This document shows positions 44,771 to 53,899 of a stretch of 64,000 bases of DNA, piece after piece. The DNA is taken from contig CAWEKC010000005.1 of NCBI GenBank assembly GCA_963809665.1, positions 104,392 to 168,391 of the forward strand. Reading direction: 5' to 3'. Below the pieces are notes generated by a model, which was not told the origin of the DNA, made no database searches, and worked only from the letters and a program-made list of their open reading frames with translations. The stretch's first letter is position 1. Every line of letters begins with the position of its first letter. Source of the DNA: Candidatus Gottesmanbacteria bacterium. GTDB taxonomy: Bacteria > Patescibacteriota > Microgenomatia > UBA10105 > UBA927. The position numbers were made by a program, and so were the translations under genes.

Positions 44771-46570
44771 ATGCATGTAAAACCCGTGGTGGGATCCGTC
44801 GTGGGACCGACGAGCGTTACCCATTGGGCACAGATACTTCAGCTGCCAAACGCTTATGGCGTCGTCGAGGTTGCTTTCGCCGACGGTGCCGCACGGGCTG
44901 CAGGAATTCACATTTTAAGCAGCTTAAGTCAACAATTAACGGATAGTCCCGTCAGTCTCAAAGCACTTTCCCGGGTTGTAGGGGATGCGATGGGTGACGG
45001 GGTGCGCACGATTGTCGTGGCGGTCCCGGTTGGTAACATTCTGTATATCGCCCTTCGTGGCGAAGGACACGTGTATCTGAGGCGCGGACAGGAATTTGCC
45101 GTACTTCTGTCTGGATCCGGGGAGATTTCGGGTGAGGTGAAAACCGGTGACACACTGTTGTTGACTTCCGCGGAATTTTCAAAAACGCTGCATCAGGAGG
45201 AACTCACAGGAGTGTTTGATCATTTGCCTCCCTCCGACGTAGCCGAACGCCTGACGCTACTTTTACATGAAAAAGAGTATGGAGAAGGGAGCGCGGCGTT
45301 GATTTTGCAGATAAATGATCTTGATGAAACAGAGATACCGGATACGAAAGTTCAGGGGGCACCGGTACCCAACGTTAAAAAAACCCTACAAACGCTTACG
45401 CACCTGCGGCGGTATGTGTCCCCGATGTACATAAAATCTGCCGTACGCCGCGCCAGGGCTCACCCCAAAAAAGCAACTGCGGTATTGACAATCGCTCTTC
45501 TGGCGGTATTCGGTATCAGCGTTCTGCTGGGGGTCGCCAAACAGTCAACGCGGATAAAAAATCAGTCAGTCATAAATACGTTAAACGATGCGCAACACGC
45601 ATTGGATGAAGGAGCGGCGCTCGCGTCGCTCAATCCGGTGAAGGGCCGTGAGCGTTTGGTTACTGCCAAGCAATTATTAGAGCCTCTGCGTACGTCTATT
45701 CCAGCCCGAAGTGCTGAGGGGGTGCAGGTGGCCTTACTCTACCGCCAGGTGACGGACAATCTGACTCAGTCCATGCAGATATATTCTGTGAAGCCGGAAC
45801 TGTTTTTCGATGCGGGACTCGTGAAGAAAGACGGAAAAGTATCCGCAATCGGTTTTGAAGTGAGTGAGATGGGAATTGTGGACAAGGCCACCAACACCGT
45901 CTATGCGCTTGATGTGACCAGTAAAAACGCTCAGGTTCTCGGCGGAGGCACCAACTACGCAGGACTTTCGTATGTGGCGATTCACGGGACTGACGTGTAT
46001 GTATTGACGGATTCCGGCGTACATATGGTCGGGTTAACGGATAAACAAACGACGGTAAATGTTGTGAAAAAAGATCCGCAGTGGGGAACTATCGGCGCTC
46101 TTGTTTCATTCGGGGGCAATCTGTATTTACTCGATACGCAAAAAAGTCGTATCTGGAAATATGTGGCAACCGAAACCGGATTTTCCGATATCCGCGAATA
46201 CCTCAATCCCGATACGTTTCCTGATTTGGGGACAGCCACGAGCTTATCCATTGACGGATCGGTTTGGATCGGGACTGCAGGCGGAAAAATTATGAAATTC
46301 ACCCAGGGGAGACCGGACACGTTTACTCCACAGGGCGTCGATCCTGCTTTCGGGGAAAATCTGAATGTCTACACCAGCGACACAACGACAAACCTGTATG
46401 TTCTGGACGGGCAAAACAAACGCGTTGTGGTCCTTGATAAAGACGGGACGTATCTTGCCCAATACGCGTGGCAGGAAAATATTATCCCCACCCAGATCGC
46501 AGTCTCCGAGGAACAGAAGAAAATATACCTTTTGGCAGCAGGCCAACTCTTCGCTATTCCCTTAAAATGA
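44771..46570 (+). CDS. hypothetical bitopic protein: N-terminal cytoplasmic domain, one TM helix, C-terminal extracytoplasmic domain
   Basis: 599-aa ORF; TM helix AVLTIALLAVFGISVLLGVA at about aa 236-256. Confidence 0.5.
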   Translation: MHVKPVVGSVVGPTSVTHWAQILQLPNAYGVVEVAFADGAARAAGIHILSSLSQQLTDSPVSLKALSRVVGDAMGDGVRTIVVAVPVGNILYIALRGEGHVYLRRGQEFAVLLSGSGEISGEVKTGDTLLLTSAEFSKTLHQEELTGVFDHLPPSDVAERLTLLLHEKEYGEGSAALILQINDLDETEIPDTKVQGAPVPNVKKTLQTLTHLRRYVSPMYIKSAVRRARAHPKKATAVLTIALLAVFGISVLLGVAKQSTRIKNQSVINTLNDAQHALDEGAALASLNPVKGRERLVTAKQLLEPLRTSIPARSAEGVQVALLYRQVTDNLTQSMQIYSVKPELFFDAGLVKKDGKVSAIGFEVSEMGIVDKATNTVYALDVTSKNAQVLGGGTNYAGLSYVAIHGTDVYVLTDSGVHMVGLTDKQTTVNVVKKDPQWGTIGALVSFGGNLYLLDTQKSRIWKYVATETGFSDIREYLNPDTFPDLGTATSLSIDGSVWIGTAGGKIMKFTQGRPDTFTPQGVDPAFGENLNVYTSDTTTNLYVLDGQNKRVVVLDKDGTYLAQYAWQENIIPTQIAVSEEQKKIYLLAAGQLFAIPLK

Positions 46571-46585
46571 CGTAAAATAGGGCCA

Positions 46586-47029
46586 ATGAAGATTTTCAAT
46601 AAGAAAGCCACGTTTGAATACGAGATCCTGGAACGATTTGAGGCCGGGGTTAATCTGACGGGTGCTGAGGTGAAATCCATAAAAGGGGGCCACGCACAGC
46701 TGACCGGCGCGTTTGTGCGGATTATCGGAAGTGAGGCGTACCTCGTCAACGCCCAGATTTTCCCCTATATTTATGCCCGTCCTGAAGGGTATGAGTCCAA
46801 ACGGACTCGCAAACTCCTGCTTCACAAATCCGAACTCATCAGGCTCAAAAGCAAGCTGGACGGCGCTAATTTGACCCTGATACCCCTCTCTTGGTATACT
46901 AAAGGCCCCCTAGTGAAGCTCGAAGTTGGCCTTGCGCGCGGTAAAAAAGAGTATGAGAAACGCGAGGCTAAGCGCAGGGAAGATCTGAAAATAGAACTAG
47001 AGCGGGATTATAGGGGGAAAGTAAAATAA
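46586..47029 (+). CDS. smpB: SsrA-binding protein
   Basis: ...NLTGAEVKSIKGGHAQLTGAFVRI...KRTRKLLLHKSELIRLKSKL. Confidence 0.9.
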   Translation: MKIFNKKATFEYEILERFEAGVNLTGAEVKSIKGGHAQLTGAFVRIIGSEAYLVNAQIFPYIYARPEGYESKRTRKLLLHKSELIRLKSKLDGANLTLIPLSWYTKGPLVKLEVGLARGKKEYEKREAKRREDLKIELERDYRGKVK

Positions 47030-47032
47030 TGG

Positions 47033-47416
47033 GGACGTACAAGATTCGACAGTCCGAAGTTCTTTAACATTGCAGGCCGACTTTGACTTTAGAGTCGTTA
47101 AACACAGAGTCAAAAACTAAATGCTGAAGCTGAACAAGCAGAAGCTGCCTTCTACGCACGAAATTTTGCATTCGCAAGATTGAACGCGTAACGGCCATCT
47201 CTCGAATGTTTCTTCAGTGACGTTCCTGAGGTGTAAACAAAGCTGAGGTGCAGCTATACGGGTTCGACGTTCCTGTATAGTGAAGTCAATACGTCTTAAT
47301 CCCGCCATTCACTTGTCAATCAGCGAGGGCGGGATGACAATTAAAGATTGACTACGCCTGTAGATATGTTTCGGGACATCGCTCTGGACGAGAGCTCACT
47401 ACTCTCCGTCTCCACC
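47033..47416 (+). ncRNA. ssrA: tmRNA (SsrA), standard one-piece form
   Basis: The 5' end GGGGACG..GATTCGACAG; the 3' end GGAC-GAGAG-CTCACTA-CTCTC-CGTCTCC-A-CC closes a 7-bp acceptor stem with the 5' end; an internal ORF ...GCT GAA GCT GAA CAA GCA GAA GCT GCC TTC TAC GCA CGA AAT TTT GCA TTC GCA AGA TTG AAC GCG TAA is a candidate tag; it lies directly downstream of smpB. Confidence 0.7.
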
Positions 47417-47438
47417 CTTCGCTCCTCCTGTATGATAG

Positions 47439-48107
47439 ATGCAGGAGGAGATTTTTGTGGCAATTTTAGATTTTATTTTCCCCAAACGGTGCGTCGGTTG
47501 CGGGAGGATCGGAAAATATTTTTGTACGACGTGCCGGCATTCAATCCGGATTATCCAACCCAACGAACGGACATGCCCAATGTGTGGCAGATTGGCGTTT
47601 GAGGGCATTACCCATCCGTATTGTCGAACACGATATTCAATTGACGGACTTACTAGTTTTTTCCATTACGACGGGCCGGTGCGGAGTGCAATAAAAGCGA
47701 TTAAATACCGTTTAGTTTCGGATCTTGCGGAGGAATTTATCAGTCTTATTCCACGAACCGATTTTAAAAACCATATAGTGGTACCAATACCCTTACATCC
47801 GAACCGTTTCCGTGATCGCGGATTTAATCAGGCGGAAGTTTTGGGAACTATCCTTGCAAAATGGTTGAACTTAACCCTGCGAACTGATATTCTTCGGCGG
47901 GTTAAGGAAACAGCGCCGCAGGCTTTTATCAAGAAACGGGCCAACCGGCTTGAAAACATGAAAAATATTTTTAACTGTAAAAAATTATCCGGTAATATCC
48001 TTCTCTTCGATGACGTATTTACGACAGGTGCGACCAGGAGGAGTGCGGCAGCTGTGGTAAAGCGGTCTGGAGCCCGGTGCGTTTGGGCTGTTTTTATGGC
48101 CAGATAA
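47439..48107 (+). CDS. comF: ComF/GntX-family phosphoribosyltransferase-domain protein (competence protein ComFC-like)
   Basis: N-terminal zinc-finger-like CVGCGR...CTTCRH...CPMCGR and a C-terminal PRTase motif NILLFDDVFTTGAT. Confidence 0.75.
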   Translation: MQEEIFVAILDFIFPKRCVGCGRIGKYFCTTCRHSIRIIQPNERTCPMCGRLAFEGITHPYCRTRYSIDGLTSFFHYDGPVRSAIKAIKYRLVSDLAEEFISLIPRTDFKNHIVVPIPLHPNRFRDRGFNQAEVLGTILAKWLNLTLRTDILRRVKETAPQAFIKKRANRLENMKNIFNCKKLSGNILLFDDVFTTGATRRSAAAVVKRSGARCVWAVFMAR

Positions 48108-48108
48108 T

Positions 48109-48747
48109 ATGAATAAGATAGTTGTTATTGTAGGAGGCGGAACGTTTTCAAAAAAATATCTGGGGATGATGAGGCCTCAGGATTATGTCATCGGGGTTGA
48201 CCGGGCGGCCTATTGGCTTATCCGGCAGGGGCGAAGACCCGATATCGCCATCGGTGATTTTGATTCCGTAACAGAAGAAGAGTTCTCGTTTATCAAAAAA
48301 TCCGTTCCGGTTATGAAGCAATTTCCGAAAAATAAGGACCAGACGGATATGGAACTTGCCGTATTGCACGCGATTGAAAAGAGGGCAACGGATGTGCTGA
48401 TATACGGCGGGACGGGGAGCAGGCTGGATCATACGTTTGTCACGTGGCAGTTGCTGGAATTGTTATTAACCGCCCGAATACAGCATCAATTGGTTAATGA
48501 AACCAACCGCGTCCGGATGGTGGATAAAGGTCGCACAATATTGGTTTCCGGGGGAGAGTACAAATATGTATCGGTTATTCCCTATACGGCAACAATTTCA
48601 CTCACTTTATCCGGATTTATATATAATTTACCTAAAACAACACTTCTACGCGGCACCACACGCGGCATCAGCAATGAGATCGCCGGCAGGCAGGCCCGGA
48701 TTACTATTTATTCAGGGAAAGCGTGGGTCGTGGAGAGTAACGACTGA
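48109..48747 (+). CDS. thiamine pyrophosphokinase
   Basis: IAIGDFDSV, KDQTDMELAV and YGGTGSRLDH. Confidence 0.7.
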   Translation: MNKIVVIVGGGTFSKKYLGMMRPQDYVIGVDRAAYWLIRQGRRPDIAIGDFDSVTEEEFSFIKKSVPVMKQFPKNKDQTDMELAVLHAIEKRATDVLIYGGTGSRLDHTFVTWQLLELLLTARIQHQLVNETNRVRMVDKGRTILVSGGEYKYVSVIPYTATISLTLSGFIYNLPKTTLLRGTTRGISNEIAGRQARITIYSGKAWVVESND

Positions 48748-48769
48748 TTTGGGGTATAATACGCACCAC

Positions 48770-48858
48770 GGAGGGTTGGCTGAGTGGTCCAAAGCGAAGG
48801 TTCGCTAAACCTTTGAGCCGTAAGGCTCGCACAGGTTCGAATCCTGTACCCTCCGCCA
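48770..48858 (+). tRNA. tRNA-Ser (anticodon GCT)
   Basis: Acceptor GGAGGGT/ACCCTCC, anticodon loop TCGCTAA, long variable arm, T-loop GGTTCGAATCC, CCA encoded. Confidence 0.85.
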
Positions 48859-48859
48859 G

Positions 48860-48946
48860 GGAGAGGTCGCATAGTGGTTTAGTGCGTTAGTCTTGAAAAC
48901 TAATGTCGGCGCAAGCTGACCGTGGGTTCGAATCCCACCCTCTCCG
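48860..48946 (+). tRNA. tRNA-Ser (anticodon TGA)
   Basis: Acceptor GGAGAGG/CCTCTCC, anticodon loop CTTGAAA, long variable arm, T-loop GGTTCGAATCC. Confidence 0.85.
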
Positions 48947-49005
48947 CACACGAATTTATCTTCATTCAACCACCAGGGAAGCTTAATAATTGATATAATG
49001 AGATC

Positions 49006-50082
49006 GTGGCCGAACTAATTGATAATCCCAACAGCGCAGGAACAAGTAATCAGCCTGTTGCTGATGTACCGGTTTCAAATCCGGATATTGTGCCGCCGTT
49101 TTATCAAATTCCTAAAAGAAAAATTTCTCCACTTCTATTACTTGTCGGTATTCTTATCGTGGTTGGTGTAGTAATAGGTGCCTCTGTGCAGATATATTAT
49201 AAAAATGCGTATAAAACAATTGTTAACCCATATGATAGTACAAAACTGACAAATACGAATCCAACTGTTGGTATGGGGTCTTTATCAACCATACAGATCA
49301 GCTCTACACCGATGACAATAATCAGTCCGACGAGCACACCGAAAATCTATCCTACAAATACACCAACGAATACGCCCACCCGCACTCCGACACCCACCCC
49401 AAAGCCCACACCGACACCCACAAGAACACCACGCCCGCCGATTATAAATATTTCTTTTCCCTCAGAGATGCAGGTAATCAATATGACGGGAAATCAGCAA
49501 CTCTGTATAGTAGATACTCCGAGCGGCGGTGATACGTCGGGAGTAATGAGACGTCATAATATTAACGACGGAGGATGGAGCGGGTACACCCAGGTGTTTA
49601 CTCTTTGTTTGACGCCGAATGAGGGTACGAACCGGATTCAACTCCAATATAAAAATTCATACGGAGATGAATCGGTTCAGTATACGAGGCAGTTTGTATT
49701 TCACCGGATATCTCCGATGACTATTACGTACAGCGGGCAGCTGTTTTTGGATGCAAACTGTAACGGAAGTTTTGACAGCGGTTCAGAACATTATCTAAGT
49801 TTGTCAACACCAATTACCATTATGCAACTTCCAGGAGCCCAAATACTTGCTACACCGACAACAAGTTCGACCGGAAACTGGAGTTATTCCAAGGAGATCA
49901 TGGATAATGAATCCATCACTCTTCAGGCTACCGTAAATACCTCCATACCGGTGCCGTATGTGTTGCATCCAGATTCCGATAAAAGAATATTCAATCGGAC
50001 GTTCGATCCAAATAACAGGAACTTTTCCATTCTGCAGCCGATTGTCACTACGACAATATTTACAACCGTTTGTCCCCACTAA
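49006..50082 (+). CDS. membrane-anchored surface protein with a Thr/Pro-rich PTNTPT repeat region
   Basis: TM anchor LLLLVGILIVVGVVIGASV; ...PTNTPTNTPTRTPTPTPKPTPTPTRTPRPP. Confidence 0.5.
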   Translation: MAELIDNPNSAGTSNQPVADVPVSNPDIVPPFYQIPKRKISPLLLLVGILIVVGVVIGASVQIYYKNAYKTIVNPYDSTKLTNTNPTVGMGSLSTIQISSTPMTIISPTSTPKIYPTNTPTNTPTRTPTPTPKPTPTPTRTPRPPIINISFPSEMQVINMTGNQQLCIVDTPSGGDTSGVMRRHNINDGGWSGYTQVFTLCLTPNEGTNRIQLQYKNSYGDESVQYTRQFVFHRISPMTITYSGQLFLDANCNGSFDSGSEHYLSLSTPITIMQLPGAQILATPTTSSTGNWSYSKEIMDNESITLQATVNTSIPVPYVLHPDSDKRIFNRTFDPNNRNFSILQPIVTTTIFTTVCPH

Positions 50083-50654
50083 CTGATCTGCGTCTTTCTA
50101 CTCTTTGGATTCCCTCGTTTTTGATATATACTGAATTCATGGCTGACACTGCCGATACACAGGAAGAAGTTAAACAGGAAGTGTTCCTGGCCTGGGTTTC
50201 CCCGTCACGGCTTTTTAAACGCCGAGATAAAGAATATTTTACCAACATTGGGGCAATCGTCTTTCTCCTTATTATCATTTTGGTTTTTGCCAGGGAGTTT
50301 TTACTCATTGCAGCGGTCGTCTCCATTGTATTTCTTGTCTATGTACTTTCTACGGTACCTCCCGAGGAGGTATCTCACAGAATAACGAACCTCGGCATTG
50401 AAAGCGCCGGGCATTATTACCGGTGGGAAGAACTCTCGGAGTTCTGGTTTGAAGAACAGTGGGGTCAGGGCACCCTGGTTTTGCAGCCGGCGCTGGGGAC
50501 GCGCATTATTATTCTTTTAGGTGCCCAGGATAAGACCCTTGTCCGTAAACTTATTGCCCAGTATATCCCGTTCCGGGAAAATCCTGAGAAAAGCTGGGTA
50601 GATAATGCCTCGTCGTGGTTATCAAAGAAAATTCCCCTGGATAAGCCTTCATAG
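50070..50654 (+). CDS. hypothetical membrane protein
   Basis: 194-aa ORF with two TM helices in its centre. Confidence 0.45.
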   Translation: MSPLTDLRLSTLWIPSFLIYTEFMADTADTQEEVKQEVFLAWVSPSRLFKRRDKEYFTNIGAIVFLLIIILVFAREFLLIAAVVSIVFLVYVLSTVPPEEVSHRITNLGIESAGHYYRWEELSEFWFEEQWGQGTLVLQPALGTRIIILLGAQDKTLVRKLIAQYIPFRENPEKSWVDNASSWLSKKIPLDKPS

Positions 50655-50682
50655 CCGTTTTGCGGTATAATAAAGCCCACTG

Positions 50683-50754
50683 GCTCCTGTAGTTTAACGG
50701 ATAGAATAGGGGTTTGCGGAACCTCTGATCGCAGTTCGATTCTGCGCGGGAGCG
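50683..50754 (+). tRNA. tRNA-Arg-like with an unusual anticodon GCG (loop TTGCGGA)
   Basis: Acceptor GCTCCTG/CGGGAGC (one U-G pair), D-arm with GG, anticodon stem GGGGT/ACCTC, T-arm CGCAG-TTCGATT-CTGCG, discriminator G; overall similar to the tRNA-Arg(CCG) at 53398. Confidence 0.5.
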
Positions 50755-50760
50755 CTAGCT

Positions 50761-50846
50761 GGAGGATTAGCCAAGTGGTTTACGGCGACGGTCTCGAAAA
50801 CCGTTCTCCCGCAAGGGAGGCACAGGTTCGAATCCTGTATCCTCCG
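50761..50846 (+). tRNA. tRNA-Ser (anticodon CGA)
   Basis: Acceptor GGAGGAT/ATCCTCC, anticodon arm ACGGT-CTCGAAA-ACCGT, long variable arm, T-arm ACAGG-TTCGAAT-CCTGT. Confidence 0.85.
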
Positions 50847-50849
50847 CTT

Positions 50850-51263
50850 ATGATTATTACCATCTGCGGAAGCATGCAGTTTCACCGGGAAATGACTCAG
50901 ACACAGCTTCTCTTGGAGGATCAGGGGCATACAGTGCTGGTGCCCAAAGATCTGACTGTTCTTGAGCGGAATGAGTCATATATGGAAACGGATGTCGAGC
51001 GCATTACTTCCAAAATTGAACACGATTTTATCCGTGAGCATTTTAAAAAGATTGAGAAATCCGACGCGGTAGTAATTCTCAATTACGAAAAAAAGAATAC
51101 TGCCGGGTATGTCGGCGGAAATACGTTTTTGGAGATGGGGTACGCATTCGGACTCGGGAAGAAAATATATCTTTTATATCCGGTGCCGGAGATGGATTAC
51201 AGCGTTGAAATGCATGCTATGAAACCAATAGTTCTTCACGGCGATCTCTCTGCACTACAGTAA
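50850..51263 (+). CDS. small cytoplasmic protein, possibly nucleoside 2-deoxyribosyltransferase-like
   Basis: MIITICGSMQF...SDAVVILNY...GGNTFLEMGYAFGLGKKIYLL; the start is set at the internal Met because the track's upstream start overlaps tRNA-Ser(CGA). Confidence 0.45.
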   Translation: MIITICGSMQFHREMTQTQLLLEDQGHTVLVPKDLTVLERNESYMETDVERITSKIEHDFIREHFKKIEKSDAVVILNYEKKNTAGYVGGNTFLEMGYAFGLGKKIYLLYPVPEMDYSVEMHAMKPIVLHGDLSALQ

Positions 51264-51575
51264 CACGTCTTCCCCGTTTCTCTTCTTTGAATCAATTAGC
51301 GACCGGATAATTTTACCCGTTTTGTCCATAATAACCAGCGACCCGCCGTTTTGACCTTTCAGCTTGGCATTAAACAATTGTTCAGGTCCGGAAATGCCGT
51401 CATATGCCGTTGTCGTATAGAGGTACGAACAGCATTCCCGGTACAGCGTATTGCCCACCATGCCGCTTTCCGGTGTTTCTAATCTTCCTATTGCCGGAGT
51501 GAGGGAAATACCAGAGTATGTTTTCAGGGTGTTGAGTATTGTTACGCCGGGATCTGCAACAACGCCTACCGGCAC
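51255..51575 (-). pseudogene. fragment of a class B penicillin-binding protein (end of the dimerisation domain into the start of the transpeptidase domain), truncated by a stop
   Basis: GISGPEQLFNAKLKGQNGGSLVIMDKTGKII matches the PBP G.sG.E..y...L.G..G ... vvmDp.tG.ILA block; the SxxK/SxN/KTG transpeptidase motifs are missing and the next gene follows immediately. Confidence 0.45.
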
Positions 51576-51627
51576 GGCCCGGTCCGGCTGGCTGTTGACC
51601 GCATAGCGGTGATAAAAGCCTACAGCG

Positions 51628-52935
51628 CTAAATCTCGGAAGCCCGTCCGAATATCATTTCCAAATATTTCAGCATCGATGTTTCTTTTGTCGTATCCACG
51701 TCTTTGGGAGTAATCCATATCATGTTTCCGGGGACATCTTCGGCAAGAATACGGCCGTTGCGGTCTCTGATCGTTCCCCGCCTGGCAATGATTACGGTTG
51801 TTTTGAGTGAGTCAGTCCGGCTAAATTCAGGGATAAAATACTTGCTGAGCCACGGGATATGCCACTGGCCGTCTTCATTGATAACCGGCAGGCGGATTGT
51901 TTCGGAAAACGCTCCAAGAGACCTTGTGCTGTATGTTACGTCCAGCCAAACGTATTGCGGACTGGTAAATTGTTGCCATACGGTCGGTCTTGCGGTAATG
52001 CTGATGGATTCAATTTCCCCGTCCCGCATAACCTGCTGCATACTTTTGTGAAAAACATACCTGTTTTCTTCGCCTTTTGCATTCATTGTAAAGCGTTCAT
52101 ACATATCCTGGAAAAAACCGTTTTTCCAGTCATACACGAATTGTTGTACATCCGCCTCCGGTGTTGGGAATATACTATGCCAACTCGCATAGCTATTTAA
52201 AAGTACAATCCCCAGGATAGAGACGATGACAAGCGTTTTATTTTTCAATAGACGCAGGACACCCGCGGCTCCCAGGTATAAAAACGGCATGATGATGAGA
52301 AGATACCGCGTCCAGAAAGAAATGAATGTATACGAGAATGCAATTGCGAGTATGGAAGCACCCATGATACATTCCCATGATAATTTTTTGTATTGTTTCA
52401 GTCTGATAAACCTAAAGACCATATATCCGCAGAGGATGGTGATGACTGGCCAGGTGATACTCCATTCCGGAACGGATTCCCAGAGTTTTGTGAAGAGATT
52501 CTGGTACCGGTTAACAAGCAGTGTCGTCCACACGCTTCCGATATTGGCTTCAAGCCGCCCGTTATACCAGAACGCGAACATCCATTTCTGGACCCCGATC
52601 CAATCAACAAACGTATGGCCCAAAAGGAAATATTTAGTATACGACGCGATATACGTCAACAGTGTTGCAAGAAAAAACGCAGCAGCATTGCGGATTGAAC
52701 GGGTTTTTTGCCAGATATACCATTGGGCAGCGGCAAACAGAACAACGGCGAAAATAGGATATTTAATGGAAGAGAAGATCCCCAGTGCGATTCCGCTTGT
52801 AACTACGAAGAACGGGATATGTTTTCCCCGGACGGACCGGTCAAGCAGGAGAAAAAACAGCAGGAGTGACACCGAGCTGCAGAGAATCGAGCATCGTTGC
52901 CGTCCATTGGGAGGTAAGGAGCGGATCAAGCGCAA
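51628..52935 (-). pseudogene. composite ORF: GT-C (ArnT/PMT_2-like) glycosyltransferase membrane domain continuing into a PBP N-terminal TM plus dimerisation-domain segment (RRGTIRDRNGRILAED); out of frame with the fragments on both sides
   Basis: The polytopic N-terminal ~250 aa continue the upstream 52841..53335 fragment; from about aa 260, TLVIVSILGIVLL...RRGTIRDRNGRILAEDVPGNMIWITP is a canonical PBP2/FtsI N-terminus; the frame breaks again before 51575. Confidence 0.45.
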
Positions 52936-53335
52936 GCCACGTGGTGGCGGCCACGGCGAGCGTAGTATGTTTCAGAACGGTACGTGCCAAAAGAAAAAAG
53001 AGTATCCAGACGAGCAGTGATGTAACGACTCCATACCAGGAACCATTATTGAAGAGTACGACTGCCGCTCCGATTGCGTACTTACCCAGCGGCGGGATCT
53101 CCGCATTATATTTCGTCGGATCGGTGCCGTGCATGAGTTGGTAGCCTTCTAGCGCGTACAACCCGTTGTCGCCGATGATACGCGGGGAAAGCGGGAGCTG
53201 CCATTGGGAATGTTCAAACCGGTCTTTCCAATATACGGCATCGTATGCTGAGGTAAGAATAGCCCGATTGGCGTAATAAAGTATCCCGGCAAGAATCACA
53301 AGAAGCAGAATCAGTACTGTCTGCAGTTTCTTCAT
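52841..53335 (-). pseudogene. N-terminal fragment of a GT-C glycosyltransferase (ArnT/PMT_2 family) separated from its continuation by a frameshift in the 52841-52935 overlap
   Basis: MKKLQTVLILLLVILAGILYYANRAILTSAYDAVYWKDRFE...EIPPLGKYAIGAAVVLF carries the PPLGKY signature of dolichyl/undecaprenyl-phosphate glycosyltransferases. Confidence 0.5.
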
Positions 53336-53397
53336 ACCCGCGCCATTGTATCAAAGTTTCATTTTTAGTGGGGAAACGGCTATAATTGCCGGGGTTA

Positions 53398-53469
53398 GCT
53401 CTCGTAGTTCAATGGATAGAATACGCCCCTCCGAAGGGTGTGATTGCAGTTCGACTCTGCACGAGAGCG
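53398..53469 (+). tRNA. tRNA-Arg (anticodon CCG)
   Basis: Acceptor GCTCTCG/CGAGAGC, anticodon arm CGCCC-CTCCGAA-GGGTG, T-arm TGCAG-TTCGACT-CTGCA, discriminator G. Confidence 0.8.
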
Positions 53470-53490
53470 CACGCTATAATCATATATATT

Positions 53491-53577
53491 GGAGAGGTCG
53501 CATAGTGGTCTAGTGCGCGCGCTTGGAGAGCGCGTATCGCCGCAAGGTGATCGCGGGTTCAAATCCCGCCCTCTCCG
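53491..53577 (+). tRNA. tRNA-Ser (anticodon GGA)
   Basis: Acceptor GGAGAGG/CCTCTCC, anticodon arm CGCGC-TTGGAGA-GCGCG, long variable arm, T-arm GCGGG-TTCAAAT-CCCGC. Confidence 0.85.
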
Positions 53578-53584
53578 CCCGAAT

Positions 53585-53863
53585 ATGGATGTTCACGATT
53601 TAACGGAAAAAATTGAAAAGATATCAGAGAATTACTCGAAAAAATATCAATTCGAGAGGGATTCTGACTGGTTCGTGCTCAAACTTCAGGAAGAAGTCGG
53701 GGAACTTATTCAGGCGTACCTGATGGTACAAAGGAAAGCCCGGCAAAAAGGAAAAAGCAAAGAACAAATCCGGGATGATTTCGAAAACGAGGTAGCGGAC
53801 GTATTGGCGCACACACTGTTTTTCGCTAAGCATTTTCACGTTGATCTGGACCGCGTTTTCTGA
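53585..53863 (+). CDS. MazG-like nucleotide pyrophosphohydrolase domain protein
   Basis: LQEEVGELIQA...ENEVADVL is an EExxE-type MazG motif; the start is set at the internal Met after the tRNA. Confidence 0.5.
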   Translation: MDVHDLTEKIEKISENYSKKYQFERDSDWFVLKLQEEVGELIQAYLMVQRKARQKGKSKEQIRDDFENEVADVLAHTLFFAKHFHVDLDRVF

Positions 53864-53899
53864 GGGGAAATGGGTGAAGTGGGCTCAAAAGGAAGATGC

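Noticed and set aside
51628-52935. Treating the 435-aa ORF as one intact multidomain protein
   Set aside because: Its N-terminus is out of frame with a clear GT-C N-terminal fragment, and its PBP-like C-terminus is out of frame with the next PBP fragment, so it is better explained as part of a disrupted locus.
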